DNA of 64,000 bases. It comes from an uncultured Verrucomicrobiae bacterium. Lineage in GTDB: Bacteria; Verrucomicrobiota; Verrucomicrobiia; Limisphaerales; Palsa-1400. The position numbers were made by a program, and so were the translations under genes. The first letter of the stretch is position 1. Each line of letters opens with the position of its first letter. The notes beneath the pieces were generated by a model. It saw only the letters and a list, made by a program, of their open reading frames with translations. It was not told the DNA's origin and ran no database searches. Where the stretch lies: the NCBI GenBank assembly GCA_963764165.1, contig CAVXRD010000002.1, forward strand, positions 736,001 through 800,000. The letters are read 5' to 3'. This document shows positions 1 to 8,751 of the stretch, one piece after another.

Positions 1-18
1 TCAGGCTGCCGTCGCTGT

Positions 19-1113
19 ATGAAAATTGTTGTATTGGGATGCGGGGCCATTCTTGAACAGGGCCATCGCAAGCCGCTCGAGCATGTGGCAAAGACTCTTG
101 ATTGCCACGTTGCCGGGTTGGTTGATGTGAATCCCAAGCGTCTTGCGCAGGCGGGCAAATGGTTTCCGAAGGCCGAGCATTTCGCATCGGCTGAAGCCTG
201 CTTCGCCAAGTTAAAAGATGTCTCGCTGACGATTGTCATCTCGCCGCCGCCGATGCACGCCGCCAACATCGAAGTCGCTGTCACGGCGGGCAGCCATATT
301 TTGTGCGAGAAGCCGCTGGCCGGTTCCGTGGAGGATGCGGAGCGGATTATCGAATTGGTTCGCCGTCACAAGAAGGTTCTGACCGTCGGCATGACGCGGC
401 GCTATCATTCGTGCTTTGTGGAAGCTCGAAAACGCATCCAGGATGGCGCGCTCGGGAGCGACATCACGTTCATTCATCGCGAAGGCGGCCTTTACAGGTG
501 GCCGGTCGCCAGCGCCGCGCCGTTTCGCCGCGACACCAGCGGCGGCGGGGTGCTGCTCGACAAAGGCGTTCACGTTCTGGATACGCTTGAATATCTTTTC
601 GGAACGGGTGACGTGGAATCCTCATTCGACGATGGCTCGGATGTCAGCGTTGAAGCCAACAGCGTCGTCCATGTTTCACTCGCCAGGGCCAAAGGGCATG
701 TCCAGCTCAGTTGGGATATGAACCTTTGCAATGGCCTTCACATCTCGGGTTCCGAAGGCCAATACTGGATCCCGCTCGGGCCGCTGAATACGATTTTTTC
801 GCGGCGCAAAGCGGACCAGCCATGGGAGCGCCTGACCACCCGCGCGGAGTGGCCCCTGGACCTCCAGCCGGCGAACTCGCGCATGGGCTGCCCGAATGGT
901 TATGACGACTGCTTTCTTTATCAGCTCATCAAGGCGATTCGCGCGATCAAGCTTTCCGAAAAACCGGCGGTCACGGGCGAGGAAGCGCTTTCGACCTTGC
1001 GCCTGATCAAGGCGGGTTACGAATTGGCGAAGCCTCTGCGCAAGCCGTGGCTGTCGAAGGAAGAATCAAAAGCGGAAGCCGCCCGGCACTGGCGCCACCC
1101 GGAATCGTGGTGA
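19..1113 (+). CDS. Gfo/Idh/MocA family NAD(P)-dependent oxidoreductase
   Basis: N-terminal GxGxI Rossmann motif, HILCEKP motif, GGGVLLDKGVH C-terminal motif. Confidence 0.9.
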   Translation: MKIVVLGCGAILEQGHRKPLEHVAKTLDCHVAGLVDVNPKRLAQAGKWFPKAEHFASAEACFAKLKDVSLTIVISPPPMHAANIEVAVTAGSHILCEKPLAGSVEDAERIIELVRRHKKVLTVGMTRRYHSCFVEARKRIQDGALGSDITFIHREGGLYRWPVASAAPFRRDTSGGGVLLDKGVHVLDTLEYLFGTGDVESSFDDGSDVSVEANSVVHVSLARAKGHVQLSWDMNLCNGLHISGSEGQYWIPLGPLNTIFSRRKADQPWERLTTRAEWPLDLQPANSRMGCPNGYDDCFLYQLIKAIRAIKLSEKPAVTGEEALSTLRLIKAGYELAKPLRKPWLSKEESKAEAARHWRHPESW

Positions 1114-1131
1114 TGTCCGCGTCCGAAAGAA

Positions 1132-2343
1132 ATGCGCTTTCTTGACATAGCCGTTCATTGCCACGTGCCGCCTTTGGACGGCGCGGACCGGCGCGCCTGG
1201 GAGCTGTACAACGGCCTCGGCGAGACCGGCGCTGAGGGAGTTTTCATCGGGCGCACTGCCACAACGCGCACCGGCGGGGCATTGCGACAATATGTGCCCG
1301 ACTATTCCTGGCGGGATCGAAAGCTGTTTGCCGCGTCGCTTGCCCTGCTGACAGGACAAAGTTACTGGCACGTCAAAATGATCAGGCCGGGAGCGATGCG
1401 CCTCGTCGCAGACGCGCTGGCCGAAAAACCGGACGTCGTTCTGCTGAACCATCTTTACGCGATGCCGCTGGCGGATCCTGTTATCAAGAGTGGAGTCCCA
1501 CTGGTCGTCGACACCCATAATTACGATCCTGTTTTTTACGATGTCCTCGCCAAGGCTTCCACCAATCCGGGGCTGCGCCAGCTTTGCCGCCGCGCCATCC
1601 GCTTCTCGGAAAAATCCCTGGCGCGACTGCCGAAGGGAACGATTCTGGTGCATGTCAGCGAGGCGGATGCACAAAGATACCGCCAGCACCGGCCCGATTT
1701 GGAACATGCAGTCGTTGAAAATGGCGCTTCAATAAAGCCGCGACGGGAGGCAGCCGGACAAAAAAACAGCAAGCGCCCAGTATTGATGTTCGTTGGCAGT
1801 TTGTCCGCGCAAATGAATCAGGATGCGCTCGCCAATTTTGCCAGCCGATTCTGGCCCGCTTTGTCGGAGGTCGCGGAATTCCGCGCAGTCGGTTCCGGGC
1901 CGCCGCCCGCCATCGCCGCGCTTTGCGCGCGGCATGGATGGCAAATGTTCGCGGACGTTTCGGAAGAAAAACTGGACGAGCTGTACGCGGAGGCGGATTT
2001 TGCAATCCTGCCCTTTGCCTACGGCGAAGGAAGCAAATTGAAATTTTTCGAAGCCTGCGGGCGCGGGGTTCCGGTTCTTTCGACCCAAGCCGGATTGTGC
2101 GGGGTGGCCGATGATCCGCTGCCCGTGCTTGTCACCAAGAACGACGATCCGGCGATTTGGAAATCGCGCATCGCCGCCCGCGGCCAATTCACTGAGGCGG
2201 ACGTCCGGGATCTCATTGAATTCTCGGAACGCTATTCCTGGCCGGTGTTGGGCAAAAAATTGAGGGACGTTATGGACCAGGCCGCTTCCAAAACTCGCGC
2301 CGTTCGAGCCGAGACAGCAAGCGAACGGGTTTCGAGCCGCTAA
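1132..2343 (+). CDS. Glycosyltransferase family 4 (GT-B)
   Basis: LMFVGSL...N.DAL segment and GEGSKLKFFEACGRGVPVLST (EX7E-like) C-terminal motif. Confidence 0.85.
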   Translation: MRFLDIAVHCHVPPLDGADRRAWELYNGLGETGAEGVFIGRTATTRTGGALRQYVPDYSWRDRKLFAASLALLTGQSYWHVKMIRPGAMRLVADALAEKPDVVLLNHLYAMPLADPVIKSGVPLVVDTHNYDPVFYDVLAKASTNPGLRQLCRRAIRFSEKSLARLPKGTILVHVSEADAQRYRQHRPDLEHAVVENGASIKPRREAAGQKNSKRPVLMFVGSLSAQMNQDALANFASRFWPALSEVAEFRAVGSGPPPAIAALCARHGWQMFADVSEEKLDELYAEADFAILPFAYGEGSKLKFFEACGRGVPVLSTQAGLCGVADDPLPVLVTKNDDPAIWKSRIAARGQFTEADVRDLIEFSERYSWPVLGKKLRDVMDQAASKTRAVRAETASERVSSR

Positions 2344-2361
2344 AATTACGTTCTAGAACCG

Positions 2362-3561
2362 ATGTTCACACAACTTCGCCGCATAACAAGTTCGGGAAAT
2401 TATATTCCGGAAATTGACGGAGTCCGTTTTGTCGCGATTGCGATGGTGTTGGTGGAGCATTTGCACCAGCGCATCCTTCGCGGTGTGGAGGCCCAATACC
2501 AGAGTTTTGTGGGGAGCACGGTGGATCGAATCCTTCTCACTTGCGGAGTGGGAGTGATGATTTTTTTCGCCCTCAGCGGTTATATACTCCACAGCATCCT
2601 GAGGAGTTCGCTCGTAAAAAGGGGCGCTCTCGATCTCAAGCATTACTACTTGCGCCGGGTTACGCGGCTTGAACCCCCCTATATCATCGTCACCACCATC
2701 ATTTTCACTGTGCTGACCCTTGGGCTCTACCACGGCTCTGGAAAATATCTTGGGCATGGGGACGTCCCGTATTGGGAAAGCTATGTCGCAACCATCTTCT
2801 ACTTGAACGGCTTGTTATTCGGCACGCCGCCGAGCGTAAATCCGCCTGGCTGGACGCTGGAGATAGAAGTTCAATTTTACATCATGGCGCCGCTGTTGAC
2901 CTTCTGCCTCCTCAAGATGAAATCCTGGCAAGCCCGAATAACGGTGCTTCTGGCCGCCATGGCTGCCTGGGGATTGTTTAAGGCCTACCTTGCCACGCCA
3001 AATCCCCACCTTAGTTACTCCCTGCTGCTGTGGATTCCGTATTTTCTGGTTGGTTTCATCGTGTTTGAATTGATCAACCGCAGTCCTAGAAAAGCCATAT
3101 TGCCGCCGGGAGTCATTGATTTTCTGGCCGTGGCCGCCTTGATCACGCTGCTATCCGCCGCCGGCCCTTGGGAGCAGGTGGAGCAATGCGCGTGCATCGG
3201 CGTATTTCTTTATGGCGCACTTGCCGGAAGCTGGCTGCGCCGACTTCTCCAATGGCGATGGCTGACAAACATTGGAGGAATGTGTTACACCATTTACCTG
3301 ATACATCTCCCGTGCATTGAGATTCTTGCCAAAGCAACCACCCATCTGAAGCTCAAAGTGCCCTACCTCGTTTATTTGTTTATCCAGGGATTGGTTGTCT
3401 TGCCGGCGGTGCTCCTCATTGCGACGGTTTTCTTTCTTCTCGTTGAGCGGCCCTGCATGGACAAGAACTGGCCGTTTAAGCTTTGGGCGTTTGTCAAATC
3501 AAGGGTGTCAAGTTCTCCGGCCATGGCAGCGCACGCAGCGCCAGAGCAGCTTGATAAATAG
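2362..3561 (+). CDS. Acyltransferase family 3 (OafA-like membrane O-acyltransferase)
   Basis: YIPEIDGVRFVAI..V...H, FFALSGY, YYLRRVTRL.PPY, WTLEIEVQFY, YTIYLIH, VERP; many TM segments. Confidence 0.92.
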   Translation: MFTQLRRITSSGNYIPEIDGVRFVAIAMVLVEHLHQRILRGVEAQYQSFVGSTVDRILLTCGVGVMIFFALSGYILHSILRSSLVKRGALDLKHYYLRRVTRLEPPYIIVTTIIFTVLTLGLYHGSGKYLGHGDVPYWESYVATIFYLNGLLFGTPPSVNPPGWTLEIEVQFYIMAPLLTFCLLKMKSWQARITVLLAAMAAWGLFKAYLATPNPHLSYSLLLWIPYFLVGFIVFELINRSPRKAILPPGVIDFLAVAALITLLSAAGPWEQVEQCACIGVFLYGALAGSWLRRLLQWRWLTNIGGMCYTIYLIHLPCIEILAKATTHLKLKVPYLVYLFIQGLVVLPAVLLIATVFFLLVERPCMDKNWPFKLWAFVKSRVSSSPAMAAHAAPEQLDK

Positions 3562-3599
3562 GCTTCGCCGGCTCACAATGAGGCTCTCTTTTGGAAACG

Positions 3600-4709
3600 A
3601 TGAACCCGCGGCGAAATAATTTTGACCTGATTCGATTATTGGCGGCGCTCCAAGTCGTCGTGGGGCATGGTTTCCTCTTTTTCCACGTTCCCTGGCACAT
3701 CCCGCTTCTCGACCTGTTCCCCGGAGTGCCCATTTTCTTTTGCATTAGCGGTTTCCTCATCGCCAAGTCGGTCGAACGAAACCAGGGGCGGTTGAAGGCG
3801 TATTTTGAAGCCCGGATTCTGCGAATATATCCCGCGTTGGTTTTCTGTTCGACGCTTTGGCTGGCTTTGATGTTTGCCCTTGGCGTGTTTCAAGGTGTTC
3901 CAATGGTCAAAGTGGCAGTCTGGTATCTAAGCGCGGCGTTGGTGGGCGGAGCCAGTTACAATCCCGAATTTTTCCGCCATTTCGGCACAGGCGTCTGGAA
4001 CGGCGCGCTTTGGACTGTTTGCATCGAGATCACATTTTACATATTTTTACCCATGGTGTATTTGTGCGACCGATTCGGCCGCCGCGTTTTTAATTCGCTG
4101 GTGGCTGTGTTATGCTTGTCGTCATTCGCGCTCTTTATCGTTTTCGACGGACTGCATTTTGGAGAAACGAAGACCCATTCTGCCATCGATAAAATAGTCT
4201 GGTTTAGCCTGGTTGGAAATCTGTGGATGCTTCTTTTCGGCACATTGATTTACCGCTTCTTTGATCAGCTTCGCCCGATTCTAGCCGGAAAAGTGCTATT
4301 GTGGCTGGCGGCTTATCTCCTTTTGGCATTCCTTCAGCCCGTGACTTCTGCGGGAGGATCCGCGAGCCCGGTTATCGGCGCCTATTTGCTCGTGCAGCGG
4401 GTAATACTGGCGCTGTTGACTGTTTCCGCGGCCTACTCATTCACCTCTCTGAGTGATTTGCTGCTCAGGGGAAACGACATTTCCTATGGCATCTATATTT
4501 ACCACATGCTGATATTTAATTTGTTTGTGCAGTACGGACTGGCCAAGCCACAGTATTTTCCAATCGCCCTTGCAGGGGCGCTGCTGTGCGGGGCTTTGTC
4601 CTGGTATTTTTTGGAAAGCCGGATGTTGAAATTGAAAAAGACCGCTCCCGACACGCGCGCTCCGAATGCAAATGCCCCAATCGCTGTCGGAGGCGGAACG
4701 GCGGCGTGA
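3600..4709 (+). CDS. Acyltransferase family 3 (membrane O-acyltransferase)
   Basis: NNFDLIRLLAA..V...H, FFCISGFLI, RILRIYPAL, NGALWT..IE, SYGIYIYH. Confidence 0.92.
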   Translation: MNPRRNNFDLIRLLAALQVVVGHGFLFFHVPWHIPLLDLFPGVPIFFCISGFLIAKSVERNQGRLKAYFEARILRIYPALVFCSTLWLALMFALGVFQGVPMVKVAVWYLSAALVGGASYNPEFFRHFGTGVWNGALWTVCIEITFYIFLPMVYLCDRFGRRVFNSLVAVLCLSSFALFIVFDGLHFGETKTHSAIDKIVWFSLVGNLWMLLFGTLIYRFFDQLRPILAGKVLLWLAAYLLLAFLQPVTSAGGSASPVIGAYLLVQRVILALLTVSAAYSFTSLSDLLLRGNDISYGIYIYHMLIFNLFVQYGLAKPQYFPIALAGALLCGALSWYFLESRMLKLKKTAPDTRAPNANAPIAVGGGTAA

Positions 4710-4748
4710 CCTGCGATTTGCCTGCGCCCCAGACTGCCTCTTAGTGCC

Positions 4749-5951
4749 ATGCACGCCATTGTCCATGATTACGCCGGGCACCCGTTCCAGGTGCAGTTGA
4801 GCCGGGAACTGGCGCGCCGCGGCCATTCCGTTGTCCACGCGTATGCGGGCGGCCTGCTCACGCCGCGGGGAAGCCTGGCCAGGACTCCGGGCGATCCTGC
4901 CTCGTTCGAATCTGCCGAGGTGGCGATGAATCCCCATTACCGCCGCGACAAGTATAAATTCATTCGCAGGCGCAAAATGGAAGTCGAGTATGGAAACGAA
5001 ATCTCGGCCTTGATCCGGCGGAAAAAACCGGACTGCGTGATCTCCGCCAACACTCCGACGGAGCCGCAGATGAAGATCGCCCAAACTTGCGCGGAATTGG
5101 GAATTCGCTTTGTTCCGTGGATTCAGGATTTTTACAGTGTGGCGGTGGCCAAGCTGGCCGCAAAGAAACTGCCCGTCATCGGCAGCATCATCGCCGCCTG
5201 GTACCGGCGGCTCGAGATTCAGACCTTGGGCAAGGCGGCGGCCGTCGTATCCATCACGGACGACTTTCTGCCCATGCTCCGCGAATTTGGGGTTCCGCGG
5301 GAGCGCATTGTCACGATCCCGAATTGGGCGCCGCTCGATGAGCTTCCATTGCAACCGCGCAAAAACGCCTGGTCCGCCGCTCAAGGATTCGACGGGAAAT
5401 TTGTGTATCTTTACTCCGGCACGCTGGCCATGAAGCACAACCCGGATTTGTTGAAGCAATTGGCCCTGAAGTTTCGCCACGATGATGCGGTCCGGGTCGT
5501 CGTCATTTCCGAAGGGCCAGGCTCCGAGTGGCTCGCGGAACAGAAGAAGTCGCCGGGCTTGGAAAATCTCGTATTGGTTCCCTTTCAGCCCTTCGACGTG
5601 ATGCCGTTTGTCATGGGGTCGGCAGATGTTTTAATCGCGATTCTCGAACCGGATGCGGGAATTTTTTCGGTTCCTTCCAAGGTATTATCCTACCATTGCG
5701 CAGGCCGGCCCTTGCTGGCGGGCATGCCATCCCAGAATTTGGCTGCTCGGATTATCACGGAAAATCGCACCGGCTTCTGCACCGCGCCGGACGACATCGA
5801 CGGTTTCATCAAGGCGGGCGAGACGCTTTATAAGGACGCGGCGCTCCGGCAGGATTGCGGATCGCGCGCCCGAAAATACGCGGAAGACAATTTCGATATC
5901 GCGAAAATAGCGAACAAGTTCGAGGATTGTCTCCAAGGCCGCAAAAATTGA
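4749..5951 (+). CDS. Glycosyltransferase family 4 (WcaI-like)
   Basis: WIQDF, IPNWA, YLYSGTL..KH, FSVPSKVLSY..AGRP motifs. Confidence 0.88.
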   Translation: MHAIVHDYAGHPFQVQLSRELARRGHSVVHAYAGGLLTPRGSLARTPGDPASFESAEVAMNPHYRRDKYKFIRRRKMEVEYGNEISALIRRKKPDCVISANTPTEPQMKIAQTCAELGIRFVPWIQDFYSVAVAKLAAKKLPVIGSIIAAWYRRLEIQTLGKAAAVVSITDDFLPMLREFGVPRERIVTIPNWAPLDELPLQPRKNAWSAAQGFDGKFVYLYSGTLAMKHNPDLLKQLALKFRHDDAVRVVVISEGPGSEWLAEQKKSPGLENLVLVPFQPFDVMPFVMGSADVLIAILEPDAGIFSVPSKVLSYHCAGRPLLAGMPSQNLAARIITENRTGFCTAPDDIDGFIKAGETLYKDAALRQDCGSRARKYAEDNFDIAKIANKFEDCLQGRKN

Positions 5952-6092
5952 GGCCCTTGCGGGTTTCCCAATCTTCAATTCTTCACTCACTTTCTATCGC
6001 CTGGCGCGAGACAGAATTCTTCGCCAGACTTCCCAATTTCCCCGGTTTGTCTTTGTCCGCCCGGCTTCTTCGTTACTTCCCATCCCTCCCCT

Positions 6093-7304
6093 CTACCGCA
6101 GGTGGGAAAAGATCTCCTTCATTTGAGGGAATGTGTTGGCGAACAAAAAGAAAGTGGCGGCGCAATAGCAGAAGGTGATCACCACGGCGGCCGCGTGAAT
6201 CCACGGATTTGCGTTATATGCCTTGAAGCCGTCACGCCCCAGCCAGCGCTTGAGGCCAATCGTGTAATAGTGATGGGTTACAAAGCCAAGCGCGTGGGCG
6301 GCGCCGAAGGCGGCATAATTCCAGCCCACCCCGTGCCAGATGCCCACCAGGAGAAATACCACCACAATGGTTAGCGCCACGGCGTGATTGACGCTTTTCG
6401 GCCCCAAGACGCCGACCAGCCATTTTGACAAAGGGGTAAATACGACATCGCGCATGTACTGCGAAAGGGTGATATGCCAGCGATTCCAAAAATCCTTGAG
6501 ATTTCGCGCGGCGATGGGCTCGTCGAAATTCTCGTCCACGGGGAAGCCCATCAAGCCGGCCAGCCCAATCGCCATATCGCAAAAGCCGGAAAAATTGCAG
6601 TAGAGGTAAAGGTAGTAAAAAATGGCGGCCACCTGCAAATCCACCCACGGATGAAAATGATCGTCAAACAAAAGATTGGCATAGATTAGCTGGAAGCAAA
6701 CGTTCCCGATGAATTTATATTTTACAAAACCGATCAAGATGCGCAGCGCAGCGCGGCCCCAATCGATCACGGGCGGCTGATCCCCGAAGGCGCGCTGATA
6801 CTGGCTGAGCGGGCTGATTGGCCCCACCGTCAAGGTGGGCACAAAAAAGCAAAAGCCCGCGTACTTCCAGAATCCCGGCACCGGGACCGAGCCGCTGCGA
6901 ACCTCCAGCACCAGGCGGCTGCTCCGAAAAGCCATGTAGGAAAGGCCGATCAAAAGCGGTCCGTAGCGCAGGACGCTTCCCGAATAGACAGCAGAGCTGG
7001 TCGGAACGTAACGAACCAAAACCAAGGCCAGCAGCGGAACAGAAAAAGCAATCCACGGCAGCCAGCCTCCTTTTCCAACGAAGACGCGCAGGGCCGCATA
7101 CTGCAATGCGATCAGCGCCACATAAGCCGCAAAGGCCAAAGCATGCTGGCGGTCCTCCTTGTAAAACCAAAAAAAATAGACTGCGGCCACATTCAAAATG
7201 CCGAAAGCAGCCTCCCTCCACAGGCCCCGGAGCTTTTTCATGACCAGGCATCCAACCAACAGGTAGGTCAAAATCTCAACCCGCAAACTGATTTGTTGAT
7301 GCAT
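6093..7304 (-). CDS. MBOAT family membrane-bound O-acyltransferase (DltB/AlgI-like)
   Basis: IGLSYMAF, GPI, LYCNFSGFCDMAIG, ENF..P, DFWNRWHITLS, GIWHG (catalytic His). Confidence 0.95.
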   Translation of the reverse strand: MHQQISLRVEILTYLLVGCLVMKKLRGLWREAAFGILNVAAVYFFWFYKEDRQHALAFAAYVALIALQYAALRVFVGKGGWLPWIAFSVPLLALVLVRYVPTSSAVYSGSVLRYGPLLIGLSYMAFRSSRLVLEVRSGSVPVPGFWKYAGFCFFVPTLTVGPISPLSQYQRAFGDQPPVIDWGRAALRILIGFVKYKFIGNVCFQLIYANLLFDDHFHPWVDLQVAAIFYYLYLYCNFSGFCDMAIGLAGLMGFPVDENFDEPIAARNLKDFWNRWHITLSQYMRDVVFTPLSKWLVGVLGPKSVNHAVALTIVVVFLLVGIWHGVGWNYAAFGAAHALGFVTHHYYTIGLKRWLGRDGFKAYNANPWIHAAAVVITFCYCAATFFLFANTFPQMKEIFSHLR

Positions 7305-7308
7305 TTCC

Positions 7309-7440
7309 TCAGAATCCTCCGTAAACGATCTTGATGCCGCTGAACAGGTCCGCGGAAGCGGCTATTAACAGAGCGGTGAAAAGGCACAACAGAACAACCG
7401 CCGCGTAAATCAATGTCTCAAAATTTAACTTGCTCTTCAT
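7309..7440 (-). CDS. 43-aa single-TM microprotein, DltX-like acyl-shuttle peptide (below the ORF-track cutoff)
   Basis: Translated by hand: MKSKLNFETLIYAAVVLLCLFTALLIAASADLFSGIKIVYGGF*. One hydrophobic helix and a C-terminal xxYxxF hexapeptide. Overlaps the upstream gene and ends 4 nt before the MBOAT start. Confidence 0.8.
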   Translation of the reverse strand: MKSKLNFETLIYAAVVLLCLFTALLIAASADLFSGIKIVYGGF

Positions 7441-8506
7441 AAAGCTTTGCCAGGGAAGGCGCCATCACGCGCGTGAAAAACTCCTGTCCGTTCTGATTTA
7501 AGTGTTCGAAATTATAAAAGAACCTCGGCACATCGTCCTGAGATATCCCCTTGAATAAGTGGCTGGGTGCAATCCCCATCATAATCAAATGGGAGCCGAA
7601 TCGATCCGGCCAAAAAGTCGGCTCGTCGATTACCGGCCTGCCTGTTTCCTCCCCTTGCGGCATGTGAAGGAAAACCAGTTTAACATGGTGCTGCTCCGCC
7701 AGGGCGCCGATCTTTTTCGCAAAGGCATCCTGCATGGTCGAAATGGGGGAGGTCGAGAAGCGGAACGCGTCCTTCGTGGCGCTCGAATAAACGCAAACAT
7801 CCGTTTCCTTCGCCTCGGGCTCGGGCGTGAAATCCTCGAATCGCCCGCCGGATCTCAGACGAATCGCCAAGGATCCCAAATGATCTGCCGGGCTCGCCAC
7901 ATTGGTGAAAGATCCCCAGCCAATCTCCGCCGACGGAATAACAGGGAGATTCGTTCGCGCCAGACTCAACAGGCTTCGCGGCATCCCAAGAATGGAACTG
8001 GAATAAAACGTTACCTTCGATGCGAGTGTGAGGCCGTCCAGATCCCCGGCATTATCCGCGAACCGGAAAAGAAAGGGGGCCCGCCTGTGAGCCACGTTGC
8101 CGCCGCCTGTGCTGCAATCGCAAATGACGATCATCCGCGCCCGGCGATGCTCAAGCAAATCTTTCATGATGAAGTACATCGCATCATAACCGGGCCCGTT
8201 CCAGCAGAGCGACCTTGCCACCGCCTTGCGCCCCAGGCGCTCGGAGAGCTGTTTTTCCACCTGCGGAACATCGATGCCCCACCACATTCTTGACGAACCC
8301 ATAAAGGCCACGTCGATATCCCCTTTCTCCTCAAAAATCTGATCGTGAAGATATGGGAACGAGCCCGCTCCCCAGGACAGGGATGAATAAATCTCTTCGC
8401 GCGAGGGCAAAAAGGAGCGCCGCATCACGACAGGCAGCAAAAGAATCGCTGCCAGGATGAAGACAAACGCGCCGGCTTGGCGAGTCGAGGAGAAAGCAGG
8501 CCTCAT
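7418..8506 (-). CDS. Membrane-anchored SGNH-like periplasmic acyltransferase (DltD/AlgJ-like)
   Basis: N-terminal TM, FMGSSR block-I Ser, C-terminal FYNFEHLN (DxxH-like). Start at ATG 8506 overlaps the ACP stop. Confidence 0.7.
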   Translation of the reverse strand: MRPAFSSTRQAGAFVFILAAILLLPVVMRRSFLPSREEIYSSLSWGAGSFPYLHDQIFEEKGDIDVAFMGSSRMWWGIDVPQVEKQLSERLGRKAVARSLCWNGPGYDAMYFIMKDLLEHRRARMIVICDCSTGGGNVAHRRAPFLFRFADNAGDLDGLTLASKVTFYSSSILGMPRSLLSLARTNLPVIPSAEIGWGSFTNVASPADHLGSLAIRLRSGGRFEDFTPEPEAKETDVCVYSSATKDAFRFSTSPISTMQDAFAKKIGALAEQHHVKLVFLHMPQGEETGRPVIDEPTFWPDRFGSHLIMMGIAPSHLFKGISQDDVPRFFYNFEHLNQNGQEFFTRVMAPSLAKLYEEQVKF

Positions 8507-8751
8507 CAGCCTCCCTCCGCGCGCTTGAGAATTAAATCCGCAAATTCCCCGATGTTCTTCGTCGTTTCCACTTCTCCAACTCGAAAGCGGATGGAAAATG
8601 CCTTTTCCACCGAGACAACGAGCGAGATGTGAATAAGTGAATCCCACTCGGGCACGTCCTTGGCCGAAAGCGCAGGAGTCAATACCACCGGCTCCAGAAA
8701 TACGTTGTCGAAAACACCTTGCAATTTCGCGATAACGTCAGATTGATTCAT
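8506..8751 (-). CDS. Acyl carrier protein
   Basis: 81 aa MNQSDVIAKL...; SAKDVPEWDSLIHISL phosphopantetheine Ser motif. Confidence 0.92.
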   Translation of the reverse strand: MNQSDVIAKLQGVFDNVFLEPVVLTPALSAKDVPEWDSLIHISLVVSVEKAFSIRFRVGEVETTKNIGEFADLILKRAEGG

